In this document: in pieces, positions 26,297-38,426 of the stretch
Position numbering within the stretch: the first letter of the stretch is position 1
How the letters are laid out: the number at the start of each line of letters is the position of its first letter
NCBI GenBank assembly: GCA_964016885.1
Contig: OZ024742.1
Location: forward strand, 202,492,001-202,556,000
Direction of reading: 5' to 3'
DNA from: Eledone cirrhosa
Lineage: Eukaryota
Length of the DNA: 64,000 bases
Notes under the pieces: generated by a model
Seen by the model: the letters and a program-made list of their open reading frames with translations, nothing else
Database searches by the model: none
What the model was told of the DNA's origin: nothing
Translations under genes and position numbers: made by a program

Positions 26297-26410
26297 TTTA
26301 GCCTTCATTCTTATAGCTTGGTCTAATTGATTTTTTTTATATGGTTAATTATGCTAATTGGGAGAAGAAATGGTATATATCTTATCTAGCGATTCTAAGG
26401 ACATGATTTA

Positions 26411-26464
<54 letters not shown>

Positions 26465-26477
26465 GTATACATATATG

Positions 26478-26668
26478 GGTACAAGTATGACCCCGACGGC
26501 AGAGCTCAAGCCGTTTCGACGGATAATTCTGTCCAGAAATAGCCGTCGAAACTGCTTGAGCTCTGCCATCGGGGTCATACTTGTTCCTATTGCTCACTCT
26601 GCTACCTTAAGTATTGAGTACTTTGGTGCGTTATGGTCCATCTGGTTCCTTACCACATTTCCTTGGTT
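26478..26668 (+). mobile_element. Hairpin-plus-tail element, family H1, copy 4
   Basis: Arms GGTACAAGTATGACCCC...GGGGTCATACTTGTTCC plus the homologous tail. Confidence 0.85.
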
Positions 26669-26845
26669 GTATACATATATATATATATATATATATAGTA
26701 ATAATTATCAATGTGATGACCAAAATCCGAAGAAGGCTCGATAAGGATAATATATATATATCAAATATATAAAAACCATAGAGCAGATATTTATTAGAAT
26801 AACAGATTAAAGTTTAATCTTTTATTTTAATAAATATATATATAT

Positions 26846-27767
26846 ATAATTTGTAAAAGTGTGTAAGCACACATAACTATGTAGGTAACTAATAAAATTT
26901 AACTAGAACTTCAAAAATAGATACTTTATAAATTGATTAATCATCCTTGTATATATTCCATTAAAGAAATATATTTCACCAATTAATCGATTGGTAAACG
27001 AGAGTAGCCTGATCCTGGATTTTCAACTAGGAAGAGGAGTAACCATCTGTGTTTACGCATCAAATTCAAATCAGCGACTGGCCAGTAACACTTGCTGTAT
27101 TTACTAAAAATACACACTCGTACCAGCTTCGTCCCAGTGGCGTGAATAGGGTTATCGACAACTAGAAATAGCAGTCAAGTCCTTTCAACTGAGTTAGCTC
27201 TACAATTAAGGGGCCGTATTTATATATATCCAAAATTAAGTTAAATTAAGGGTGTCAGATAGACATGCGCCATATCACCCGTAAAATATGCTCCAAGATT
27301 CCAATGAATAGATCCGAGCATTTTATATCAACTAGAAATTGATTGACATATAAATATATCTAAAATAAACATACGAAACAATCACAGGCGATAATTTGTA
27401 AAAGTGTGTAAGCACACATAGCTATGTAGGTAACTAATAACATTTTTTTAGAACTTCAAAAATAGATACCTTATAATTGATTAATCTTCCTTGTATATAT
27501 TCCATTAAAGAAATATATTTCACCAATTAATCGATTGGTAAATGACAGTAGCCAGATTTCAATTTGATGCGTAAACACATATGGTTAGTCTTCTTCCTTG
27601 TTAAAAATCCAGGATCTGGTTACTGTCTATTTTTGAAGTTCTAGTTAAATTTTATTAGTTACCTACATAGCTATGTGTGCTTACACACTTTTACAAATTA
27701 TCCCCTGTGATTGTTTCATATGTTTATTTTAGATATATTTATATGTCAATCAATTTCTAGTTGATAT
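26846..27767. repeat. Rearranged repeat block: direct repeat (26846-27010 / 27391-27553) and inverted repeat (27325-27468 / 27626-27767)
   Basis: ATAATTTGTAAAAGTGTGTAAGCACACATA occurs twice in direct orientation and once inverted. 27015-27070 recurs inverted at 27555-27620. Confidence 0.8.
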
Positions 27768-27816
27768 ATTTATATATATATATTTGTATATATGTATATA
27801 TATTTTTATATATATA

Positions 27817-28430
27817 TAAAATCAACTATAAAAGAATCTCCAAGGAAAGAAATCTACCAACACACACCATAGCACCAAATACAAAACGCAAACACATAAC
27901 AACATCACAACCACCCATATGTCAGGGCACATCGCAACAAAACATCACCAAACCTAAATCTCAGCCCATCACTAACAACATACAATACCGCAACGGAGAA
28001 CCTGCACACAGGAAGGCCTCCAAATGTAACTGCCACCTGCCGGATAAATGCCCACTACAAAATAGATGCCTGGAATCATGTATAGTGTACCTGTGTACTC
28101 TCAAATCTGGCAACCTAGCATGGCACTACATAGGTTCTACAGCTGCAGATTTAAAAAAAAGATGGTATGTGCATAAAAAACTGTAGACTGGAAAAAACAA
28201 TGACGATGGTCAATAATATCTGGCAGCTTAAGGAATATGAGATTATCTGGTCGAAGTTATCGAGTGCAAGGACCTACAAAAGTGGAATGTCCCACTGCGG
28301 ACTGTGCAATATGGAGCTGCTCCATATTTTAAAGTATAATAAAATACTGCTTAACAACAAAATAGAGCAAACAATTTTCTGTAGACACAAAGCAGCCACG
28401 AAGTGCTCTAACTTCAAACCACAACCGGCA
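27817..28430 (+). mobile_element. Naiad-type PLE 3' fragment (Cys knuckle + GIY-YIG), family A
   Basis: KCNCHLPDKCPLQNRC..IVYLC..HYIGST..KKRW..CGLC..ELLHI..LLN..FCRH. Near-identical to 29678-30303 (inverted) and 31845-32470. Confidence 0.88.
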
Positions 28431-28563
28431 TGGTGGTGGTTGTGTTGTTGTGTTCGGGGTTGGCAGAAGAACCTTTTTTTTTGACTCGTTAATTGAGGAC
28501 AGGCAGCCCTCAGGTGACCCCTGCTTAAGCAGTGGATATATATATATATATATATATATATAC

Positions 28564-29185
28564 GTATGTATACGTACATACATATATGTATACAGACGTA
28601 CAGTAGTGTGTATATATATATACATACATGCACACATATATATATATGTACGTATGGATTCACCGAACATTTATTATAATGCTTGGTGTGTTTGTAAACA
28701 AACATCCCGAATTAAGCCGTACAGTGTCTAGCAACCATCGTTGCTCATTTGTTCAACCCTGACAAAGGAACGCTGTACTAGTTTCAAGCTTATTAGCCAT
28801 CGTCATTAACGTATACCTTCCTGCCGGAACGTATACCTTTCAGACTTCAATCATTGGCAGGAAGGTATATGTTGCTGACGATAGCTAATAAGCTTGAAAC
28901 TAGTACAGCGTTCCTTTGTCAGGGTTGAACAAATGAGCAACGATGGTTGCTAGACACTACGGCTTAATTCGGGATGTGTGTTTACAAACACACCGAGCAT
29001 TTTAATAAATGTTCGGTGAATCCATACGTACATATATATATATATGTGTGTGTGCATGTATGTATATATATATACATACTACTGTACGTCTTGTATACAT
29101 ATATGTATGTACGTATACATACTTATATTTAAGTAACAGCCGTACTATGTGTGAGAAATGAAATTTCGTTTCATTTTTTCCGTTT
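28564..29185. mobile_element. Fold-back element, family H3 (arms 28564-28825 / 28856-29122, extension to 29185) with hammerhead
   Basis: Inverted arms read by eye, flanked by (TA)n. Related pieces at 41570-41610 and 41710-41890. Confidence 0.85.
28870..28910 (+). ncRNA. Minimal type I hammerhead ribozyme motif
   Basis: TGTTG-CTGACGA-T-AGCT aata AGCT-T-GAAA-C ta G-TA-CAGCG. The predicted cleavage is after GUA at 28905. The mirror copy (28771-28810) has a C3A change. Confidence 0.8.
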
Positions 29186-32100
29186 ATATATATATATATA
29201 TATCTGCGGGGCTGAGACCGGGAAGACCGCATCTCTTTCTAACAAGATGGAATAGATAAAATAGGAAAAGAAAGACGAGGAGCTACAGAGAGAAAAAAAC
29301 AAATAGTCATTGAGGATGTCTCAGAATGTATAACGAAAGTGATTAACGAACTAACCAAGAACTAATAATAATACACCGAAATTAAAGTCAATTAGTACAT
29401 CCATTTATTTGTTGGCATATATATATATATGTATTATAGAGAGTCAGTAGTCGACAGCTGAGTTCATGCCGTTCCAACAGCTAGTTGAAACGCCAGGAGT
29501 TTAGCTGTTGAGTCCAGACACTTTCTAAAATATACTCTACTACCCCAAGCATCGAGTACTCTGTTGAGTAATGGTCTAACTAGTTTTAAACTGGTTCTTT
29601 CTTTCTTTATTCATATATAAGCAGAAGACCATCCGTTGTGACTGGGTCTTGGCTACAAAGATTGCTGGATCGAATCATGCCGGTTGTGGTTTGAAGTTAG
29701 AGCACTTCGTGGCTGCTTTGTGTCTACAGAAAATTGTTTGCTCTATTTTGTTGTTAAGCAGTATTTTATTATACTTTAAAATATGGAGCAGCTCCATATT
29801 GCACAGTCCGCAGTGGGACATTCCTCTTTTGTAGGCCCTTGCACTCGATAACTTCGACCACATAATCTCATATTCCTGGTTGATGTCCTTAAGCTGCCAG
29901 ATCTTATTGACCATCGTCATTGTTTTTTTCCAGTCTACGGTTTTTTATGCACATACCATCTTTTTTTTAAATCTGCAGCTGTAGAACCTATGTAGTGCCA
30001 TGCTAGGTTGCCAGATTTTAGAGTACACAGGTACACTATACATGATTCCAGGCATCTATTTTGTAGTGGGCATTTATCTGGCAGGTGGCAGTTACATTTG
30101 GAGGCCTTCCTGTGTGTAGGTTCTCCGTTGCGGTATTGTATGTTGTTAGTGATGGGCTGAGATTTAGGTTTGGTGATGTTTTGTTGCGATGTGCCCTGAC
30201 ATATGGGTGGTTGTGATGTTGTTATGTGTTTGCGTTTTGTATTTGGTGCTATGGTGTGTGTTGGTAGATTTCTTTCCTTGGAGATTCTTTTATAGTTGAT
30301 TTTATGTATGTGTGATTCTATGTTGGCTGCAGTAGAGTAAGAGAGTTTAATAGTTTTTCTGTTAAAGATTCTATGGTATTTGTGTAGTTTAGGGAAGTGT
30401 TTGTCAATTAGTTTAAATAATATAGAAGGTAAGTTGTTTTTTATAGAAGAGTTGAAGATTGGATTGAACCATAAATATTTCCTATCTCTGGATTTTCTGG
30501 AGTTTCTCGGGGTCCTTATATTAGTGTTCGGTTCGGCTATTTCTCGTGCTCTTTGCTTATTTCTGAAAAACTGAAAATATCCGATAGAACCGAGCCTCTA
30601 ATCCCTTGTAACCACACATTTAACCTAAAAGATCATAAAAATAATTTCGAAACAGACTCCACAATTAGATTAATATGCCCATCGAAGTCAGATATAGGTA
30701 GAATTAGCAAGTATATACTAGATAGAGTTATAGCGCAGATCAAGGACAAACTACAAATTAAGCTATGGGGTAACACTAATGAAGCAATAGATTGGTTTAA
30801 CAAAATAGACGGTAGGAAAGCATCCAACTTCATACAGTTCGATATCAACGACTACTACTTATCCATCTCCCCAGTCACCCTAAATAAAGCGCTCAACTTC
30901 GCCCGGAAAAATTCAGACCTAACCTCGGATGAAATTAGAATAATACTAGCTGCTAGGAGAACTATCATTAGATTCGAAAATAGTTACTGGGAACGAAAAA
31001 ACAAACAGAATAGCTTTGATATTACAATGGGATCTAACGACTCAGCACAAGTAACTGACATAGTTGGAATATATAGATTGCATAACTTACATAAGGAATT
31101 TAGTAATCTCCAAGGAGGAATTTATAGAGACGACACGCTCCTTTTAGCTAAAAACATGAATAATCAAAGCATGGAAAGATTACGGAAAAACATTAGAGTC
31201 TTCTTCAATAGACTAAGCCTAGGTATTACTTCCTAACTTAACTCTAAAAAAGCAAACTTCTTAGATGTAACACTCAACCTAAACACAGGATTAATAGAGC
31301 CTTTCCATAAAAATAACAAGAATTTAGCCTACATTAGTTATAACTCAACCCACCCTCGCTCCATAATTAACTCGATAGCATATAGTATATCCCTTAGAAT
31401 ATCCCGCTTATATTCTAATTTAGAGATGTTCAATGAACACGCAAATTAATATAACATAGCTTTACATAAGGCAGGCCACAAGGAAGGGCTCAAATACATA
31501 CCCGATAGAGACAGCAACTACAAACCTAACGACAACTACTCTACCCGCAACTATAGGAATAACAAATATAGAACTAAACATAGAAATAAGCAAAGAGCAC
31601 GCGAAATAGCCGAACCGAACACTAATATAAGGACCCCGAGAAACTCCAGAAAATCCTGAGGTAGGAAATATTTATGGTTCAATCCAATCTTCAACTCTTC
31701 TATAAAAACCAACTTACCTTCTATATTCTTTAAACTAATTGACAAACACTTCCCTAAACTACACAAATACCATAGAATCTTTAACAAAAAATATATTAAA
31801 GTCTCTTACTCTACTGCAGCCAACATAGAATCACACATACATAAAACCAACTATAAAAGAATCTCCAAGGAAAGTAATCTACCAACATACACCATAGCAC
31901 CAAATACAAAACGCAAACACATAACAACATCACAACCACCCACACGTCAGGGCACATCGCAACAAAACATCACCAAACCTAAATCTCAGCCCATCACTAA
32001 CAACATACAATACCGCAACGGAGAACCTGCACACAGGAAGGCCTCCAAATGTAACTGCCACCTGCCGAATAAATGCCCACTACAAAATAGATGCCTGGAA

Positions 32101-33127
32101 TTAAGTATAGTGTACCTGTGTACTATCAAATCTGGCAACCTAACATGGCACTACATAGGTTCTACATCTGCAGATTTCAAAAAAAGATGGTATGTGCATA
32201 GGCATTCTATAAAAAACCGTAGACTGGAAAATACAATGACGCTGGCCATGGCAGCTTAAATACATCAACCAGGAATATGAAATTAGCTGGTCGGAGTTAT
32301 CGAGTGCAAGGACCTACAAAAGTGGAATATCCCACTGCGGACTATGCAATACGGAGCTGCTCCATATTTTAAAGTATAATAAAATACTGCTTAACAACAA
32401 AATAGAACGAACAATTTTCTCTAGGCACAAAGCAGCCACGAAGTTCTCTAGCTTCAAACCACCACTGGCATGATCGATCCAGCAATCTCACAATTAAGTC
32501 AAAACCACCCGGATTTTAATGTACTAGCTTCACACCACTCCACTGTTTTTCGCTGTCAACCCACCAACCGATCATTAAATCAACATCATGAATCTCGCAA
32601 CCTTTCTTTCACTTTCTTTTTCTATAGCCGCATCACCTCCATTAAGTTAAAATAATCGGTCTACCGGACCTTAATCACCCATATATCATCACTGCCCCTT
32701 TCACTTTTCATTCTCTATCTATCTATCTACTGCTTCCCCGTCTTTAGTCCTACCCTTTATGTCTCATCCTCGAATTCTTATTTTCATTCTGTCTCTCCTG
32801 TTCCTTATCTCCCTCTCTCTATCACTTTCTATTTTATTTTTTTTATTTTAATCCTCTGATATTTGTTTGTACTTCTTACAATTTTATTTCACCAACATAT
32901 AAACTCTATAAACTCTATAATCTACATATCATGTATTTCGCATTTCTGTTCATATTATCTTTACTGTCATCACTATTGCGCACACCCACTTACTCACCAT
33001 TATAACTTCAACTACCATCACCACTACTACTATCCTCAACAACAGTATTTTGTAATTATTTTAAACTTATTTTTTACGTCTTTATCATTTTCATTTTTAT
33101 TTCTTTATTATTATCTTTTATTATTGA

Positions 33128-33316
33128 TGCGGTGGATTGGCAGTATCGGTAGAGGGTCGGACGCCATGCTTTCCAGCATAGTTACGTCCCTTTACGATCT
33201 GAGTTCAAATCCCGCCGAGGTTGACTTTGCCTTTCATCCTTACGGGGTCGATAAAATAAAGTACCAGTAATGCACTGGGTAATTGCTGGCCTTGTGCCTA
33301 AAGTAGAAACAATTAT
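33128..33316 (+). mobile_element. tRNA-SINE, full length
   Basis: Nearly identical to the reverse complement of 5233-5416. Boxes A and B are present. Confidence 0.95.
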
Positions 33317-33387
33317 TGATGTTATTGTTTTCATTCACTTGATTCTCCAATCTATCCATAAATACCAATGCCATGTGTTACACCCTC

Positions 33388-33501
33388 CAGTATTCCGATG
33401 ATTAGATCAGAGACACACACTGTATTTAAGGTCGAGTGACGCAATTTCGAGGGATAGGCGACCTTCAGACTCACCTATCAATGAAACAATTGTTAATACT
33501 G
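33388..33501 (+). ncRNA. Hammerhead-like motif with variant core (CCGAUGA) and 81-nt stem II region
   Basis: CAGTATT-CCGATGA-[81 nt]-GAAA-C AATT G-TT-AATACTG. Perfect 7-bp stem I and palindromic stem III ACAATTGT. Confidence 0.65.
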
Positions 33502-33726
33502 TAAACAAAACCCTTTTTGTACAGCCGAACATGTTATTCTTCACTCTTTCAGTACAATTACTCCAAGAATGATCTGCATGGGAATTCTCGCAAACTCGCT
33601 ACCTAACTAAGGAAACCTCTTGTTGAGTCAAACAACGCCGGATGTTAAAACTATCCATAGTACAGAGTACTCACAACCTCCAGCTGGATTACCTAAAACG
33701 ATAACTTGTTATACCATATATATATA

Positions 33727-33761
<35 letters not shown>

Positions 33762-33979
33762 TTTCTGAATTTGTTTAGCAAGATTCTTTATCTGAAATCG
33801 TGTGTTGAAACCGATATTGTTATACTTTGGGAGGGTCATGTTGCCAATAAGAAACACACGCACCAGTTGCTTTCACTTCAATTTATTATATATTTATAAA
33901 TTTATAAATTTACAAATTTACAAACCTATAAATTTCTGGTTGGTTGGTTGGTTCCACAACCAGATAGTTGTTTATATAT

Positions 33980-34024
33980 AGTCATAGTCCTTTCGTCACA
34001 CACTCTGTGACCTCTTCAGTGACT
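33980..34024 (-). ncRNA. Minimal type I hammerhead ribozyme motif in the PLE pLTR
   Basis: AGTCA-CTGAAGA-G-GTCACA gagtg TGTGAC-GAAA-G ga C-TA-TGACT. 5-bp stem I, 6-bp stem II, CUA triplet. Confidence 0.82.
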
Positions 34025-34196
34025 GGGGATTCCTTTCTTTGTTTCTGTGCCTTTCCTTTCTTCTATCCTACGCCAATTTGTTTCTGTGTGTGTGTTGTCT
34101 GCTCAGTTTGCGCATGCGCCACATCCGGGTGTCTGTGTGTGTTTGTGTTCATTTATCTATTTGTTTATTTATTTATTTATTTATTGTTGGTTGGTC

Positions 34197-34410
34197 GTTT
34201 GTTCTATGTGTGTGTGTGTTTTCATTTTGTCCTGTGTGTGTTTTCATTTTGTCCTTAATTGTAAGTTGTTTGTTCTATGTGTGTGTGTGTTTTCATTTTG
34301 TCCTGTGTGTGTTTTCATTTTGTCCTTAATTGTAAGTTGTTTGTTCTATGTGTGTGTGTGTTTTCATTTTGTCCTGTGTGTGTTTTCATTTTGTCCTTAA
34401 TTGTAAGTTG
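34197..34410. repeat. Three tandem ~71-bp units in the PLE 3' UTR
   Basis: TTGTTCTATGTGTGTGTGTGTTTTCATTTTGTCC...TTAATTGTAAGTTGT is repeated. Confidence 0.9.
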
Positions 34411-35485
34411 TGATGTTGCTGTTCCACTCATATTTTCTATTTAATTTTGGTTTTAATTCTTTTATGCTTACTGCCTCTGTAATTTGCCTAAACATTGCGC
34501 CTTTTCTGTGTGTGGATTCTATTTTTATTTCTATGTTCTCTAATCTACCCCTGTGTTCTATCTTAGCATGCTGGTAGAGCACAGATGATTCTTTATTATC
34601 TTGAAGGTCTCGCCAGTGTTCATTTATTCGTTCCCCTATAATACGAGCTGTCTCACCTATGTACACTATATTTTTGTTTCTACATTGTCCTTCAGTACAT
34701 CTTATGCTATACACTACATTTCTAGTTTTACAGTTAATATGGGGGCTTATTTTACAGGTTATACATTTCTTATCTATACATGAGGGTCTTTGGAACGGGT
34801 ATGTCTTGCTAATAAGTGTTTTTACGGAGGTACCTGGTCTTTCTACTATCTTAATATTGAGATTATGTTTATTTAGGGCCCTTCTAAATTTGTAGGCTAG
34901 TTCGCCTCTAGGGGTTGTATTGATGAACATTACACTCTGGTATTTATTGCTATCATACCATGAGTTTATTCTATTGGCCTTGTTCTTAGTTCTTTCTATT
35001 CTATTCCAAAATTTGCTCCTATACAAGGGGCAGATCCCATTTATGTCATTATTTACCATTTTTTCCCATTTGGTTCTGGCTCCTTTATACACTCTGATTC
35101 TATCTCTCTGATTGTAGCCAGAGAACTGCATACGGTGGATGAAGTGTTGTATGTGTCTCTCTAGTTCTTCGGGGTTGCACATGCGGGACACATTTCTCAT
35201 CACCCGTACCAAATCCGCAATCAGTATGTTGATTTTGGTATGGTCCGAAATGGCCGAGTTTCGGTGGATCAGATGTTTGGAAGTCATGGGTTTGGCATAA
35301 TGGGAATGGAGGATTTGGTTTTGGTTGTTAATGGTATCTAACCAGAGCTCTGTGTCTAGTACAGGTAATCGATGGTTGGGGTGTCTACTTGGGTAGTCTA
35401 TAGTAACTCTAATGCTCTGGTGGATGGAGATTGCTATTTGCTGGATGCTTTCCATTGTGTTTTTCTCTAGTTCCTGACTGTTCTT
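34397..35485 (-). CDS. PLE polyprotein C-terminal part (RT thumb, Zn linker, GIY-YIG endonuclease), open but 5'-truncated
   Basis: LPVLD, KPMTS..HRNSA, MQFSGY, CIDKKCITC, CKTRNVVYSIRC, YIGETAR..ERINEH, RQITEAV, LNRKYEW. The first residues of the track ORF come from the inverted pLTR. Confidence 0.85.
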   Translation of the reverse strand, partial: KNSQELEKNTMESIQQIAISIHQSIRVTIDYPSRHPNHRLPVLDTELWLDTINNQNQILHSHYAKPMTSKHLIHRNSAISDHTKINILIADLVRVMRNVSRMCNPEELERHIQHFIHRMQFSGYNQRDRIRVYKGARTKWEKMVNNDINGICPLYRSKFWNRIERTKNKANRINSWYDSNKYQSVMFINTTPRGELAYKFRRALNKHNLNIKIVERPGTSVKTLISKTYPFQRPSCIDKKCITCKISPHINCKTRNVVYSIRCTEGQCRNKNIVYIGETARIIGERINEHWRDLQDNKESSVLYQHAKIEHRGRLENIEIKIESTHRKGAMFRQITEAVSIKELKPKLNRKYEWNSNITTYN

Positions 35486-35682
35486 TAGTGACGAAAGGAC
35501 TATGACTATATATAAACAACTATCTGGTTGTGGAACCAACCAACCAACCAGAAATTTATAGGTTTGTAAATTTGTAAATTTATAAATTTATAAATATATA
35601 ATAAATTGAAGTGAAAGCAACTGGTGCGTGTCTTTCTTATTGGCAACATGACCCTCCCAAAGTATAACAATATATATATATA

Positions 35683-36397
35683 TAGGTAAATATCTTTAAG
35701 TCATTTGGAAGCCTCGACAATGCAAATGGGTAAATCTCCGGGTAACAAGATCCGGTGGTGGAGAGAGAGATGTAAGTGGGTGTACGTTAAGATGCGTGGT
35801 GTGTATAAGACGTGTAGAAGAATGAAGGAAAGAGTATAAAGGATAAAATAAAAATAAGAACACGAGAGAGAGTTACCTTGGGAGAGATTTAATTGTCCCT
35901 ATATATTTCGGATTCACATCCATCAACTGGGGGTTTTTCCGGGGTGGGGGAAAGGTTGTCTGTCGGAAAGGTGCGAAACGCGTCCTCCGCTGTTTGTTGT
36001 TTTGAATATCTGAAGTATTCAGCAGAGCGCGCGTGCGCGTGAAATGGGGTCGGTCGGGCAGAGGTCAGCGGCCGAATGTGGGAGTGGGGTGGTGCTAGCT
36101 GTCAGATAGAATGTGACAGGTGCAACCAATACTATATAGGTAGCACAATCCGACCTGTGCACATCCGGATCAAGGAACACACTAAAACCAGGGCCTCGTC
36201 TTTCCGGAAACACATAGACAAATGCGGAAACAAAGACGGAAGGCCCATTGTTACAATTCTAGCGACTGAAAGAAACGTCGGCACGTTACGTATCAAGGAA
36301 CTGCTTTTTATCAAACGCCTTGCACCGCAAATAAACAATCGATCCGAGAGAAGCGAAATGAAGTGGCTGGTTTAAGTTAACAAACGATGCAGCAACA

Positions 36398-36445
<48 letters not shown>

Positions 36446-37065
36446 AGACAACTACACACGCACACGCACGCACACACAGTAGCATTCCACCATACGAACA
36501 TACTACACTGCCAATACAAAGGAACAAGGCAACAACACACACACACACACTCAAGCGAGACAACAACACACACACACACAGTAACATTTAACAAACAAGC
36601 AGAGAATGGACTGACAGCTAGCACCACCCCACTCCCACATTCGGCCGCTAACCTCTGCCCGACCGACCCCATTTCACGCGCACGCGCGCTCTGCTAAATA
36701 CCTCAGATATTCAAAACAACAAACAGCGGAGGACGCATTTCGCACCTTTCCGACAGACAACCTTTCTCCCACCCCGGAAAAAACCCCAGTTGATGCATGT
36801 GAATCCGAAATATATAGGGACAATTAAATCTCTCCCAAGGTAACTCTCTCTCGTGTTCTTATTTTAATTTTATCCTTTATACTCGTTCCTTCATTCTTCT
36901 ACACGTCTTATACACACCACGCATCTCAACGTACACCCACTTACATCTCTCTCTCCACCACCGGATCTTGTTACCCGGAGATTTACCCATTTGCATTGTC
37001 GAGGCTTCCAAACGACTTAAAGATATTTACCTATTATTCCACAATGCTTCAAGCAAACTTCAATA

Positions 37066-37070
<5 letters not shown>
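35683..37070 (+). mobile_element. Short Penelope/Poseidon-type PLE: inverted pLTR (35683-36105), GIY-YIG fragment (36106-36375), pLTR (36611-37033), ~37-nt tail
   Basis: IECDRCNQYYIGSTIRPVHIRIKEH..LRIKELLFIKRLAPQIN, ~420-bp inverted repeats and (TA)n flanks. Confidence 0.9.
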
Positions 37071-37149
<79 letters not shown>

Positions 37150-37201
37150 TATAAAGTGTTAAAACGATCAAATTTTAGTATTTTAGTTTAGAACATTTAT
37201 T

Positions 37202-37247
37202 AGCTGACAATTGTTTCTTCCAGAGGGAAGTCTGGATTCATCGGAGC
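37202..37247 (-). ncRNA. Minimal hammerhead motif, CCGAUGA variant
   Basis: GCT-CCGATGA-A-TCCAGA cttccc TCTGGA-A-GAAA-C AATT G-TC-AGC. The mirror copy at ~44120-44160 has lost the GTC triplet. Confidence 0.7.
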
Positions 37248-38378
37248 ATAGGGAATGTCCCAAACGTGTAACTAGAATCCTAGTCGTTTAGAACATTTAG
37301 GGTACATAGTTGTTATTAGTGTCAAAGGCATCATGTGGAGATTCAGGAGTTAAAAAGATGTTCCGCTTGAAATAACGCAGTTACAGGCAGCACTGGTTGG
37401 AAGTGTAATAGGTATAAGTAAAAGCAAAAAGCACAAGCAGAGAAATCACAAGCGAAAAAACACAGGGAAAAAAGTTATAAGCAAGGACAATTGGTATACA
37501 ATGCAGGAGTCAATACAGTCAGTAATGCATGTATGAGAAAAGGGTTATAATGCAGTTGAAATAAACATATTTTGTGTGGGGTGTTAAAGCATATTATATT
37601 TGTTATAAACATTTAAGAAAGTGTGCAATTTGTTAGAGAGACGTGTGGTGATAATGTAGGTATGTTTATGTAAGGTGTAATGTAAATCACTAGATAGAGT
37701 TGGGTATGTGATTTTCATTTAAGTGTTTTTGTGTTGTAGTTCGTATTTATGTGCATGTGTTGTTTGTAACTCACAGCTATTAACCATGGGATTATTTTAA
37801 GTCTTTTATAGTCAATAGGTGTTTGTTTGTTAAATGTAAATTCCTCCGAATTACTGGCCATGTTTATTGTAGGTATATTATCATTTTTATCTGTAAAATA
37901 TATTTTCTAAGGTTTGTATTAACCGTTATTAAGCTGTTGGTAAACCGTTAGATTACTTAATTTTATAAGTTTACACAGGAAGTTGTAAAGGGGGTTAATA
38001 ACAAACGGAGGTAAATAATGTTGTTGATAAATTAAGGGTTGTTATAATATTGTGGTAGTGTTATAAATTAACCTATATAGAGTGTATAAAATATAAAATA
38101 TAAAATATTCTTGGTTATATAATTGCTATGTTTTAAACTTGTGTGTGCGGGGGGGGGGGGAGTTAAAAACGTTTTTTAAAAATTTAGTTTATTATAACTA
38201 GATAGTTTTTACATAGTATATGCATGCATAATATAAGGCATATACATAAGTGTGACAATGTATAAACATATATACACACACACACATATCTGCACGCACA
38301 CTTATACACACATATATACACACACACACACACGCGCGTATACATATATATATATAAACACATATACACACACTTATA

Positions 38379-38426
<48 letters not shown>

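Larger units (their letters stand above)
29659..33716 (+). mobile_element. Naiad-type PLE family A: inverted 5' copy (29659-30564) + 5'-truncated RT/GIY-YIG body (30565-32470) + putative 3' UTR/pLTR
   Basis: RT motifs LKDHK, RLICPSKS, FIQFDI, TMGS.DSAQVTDIVG, GIYRDD, NFLDV are followed by the Cys knuckle and GIY-YIG, with several stops. 29659-30564 is the reverse complement of 31582-32488. Confidence 0.9.
33758..35672 (-). mobile_element. 5'-truncated PLE (RT thumb + Cys-rich linker + GIY-YIG) with inverted pLTR copy
   Basis: Minus-strand ORF 34397-35539. Inverted repeat 33813-33999 / 35487-35672, tail 33758-33812, (TA)n flanks. Confidence 0.9.

Noticed and set aside
33128-33220. Functional tRNA gene
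   Set aside because: Boxes A and B are present, but there is no cloverleaf and it is joined to a repeated SINE body.
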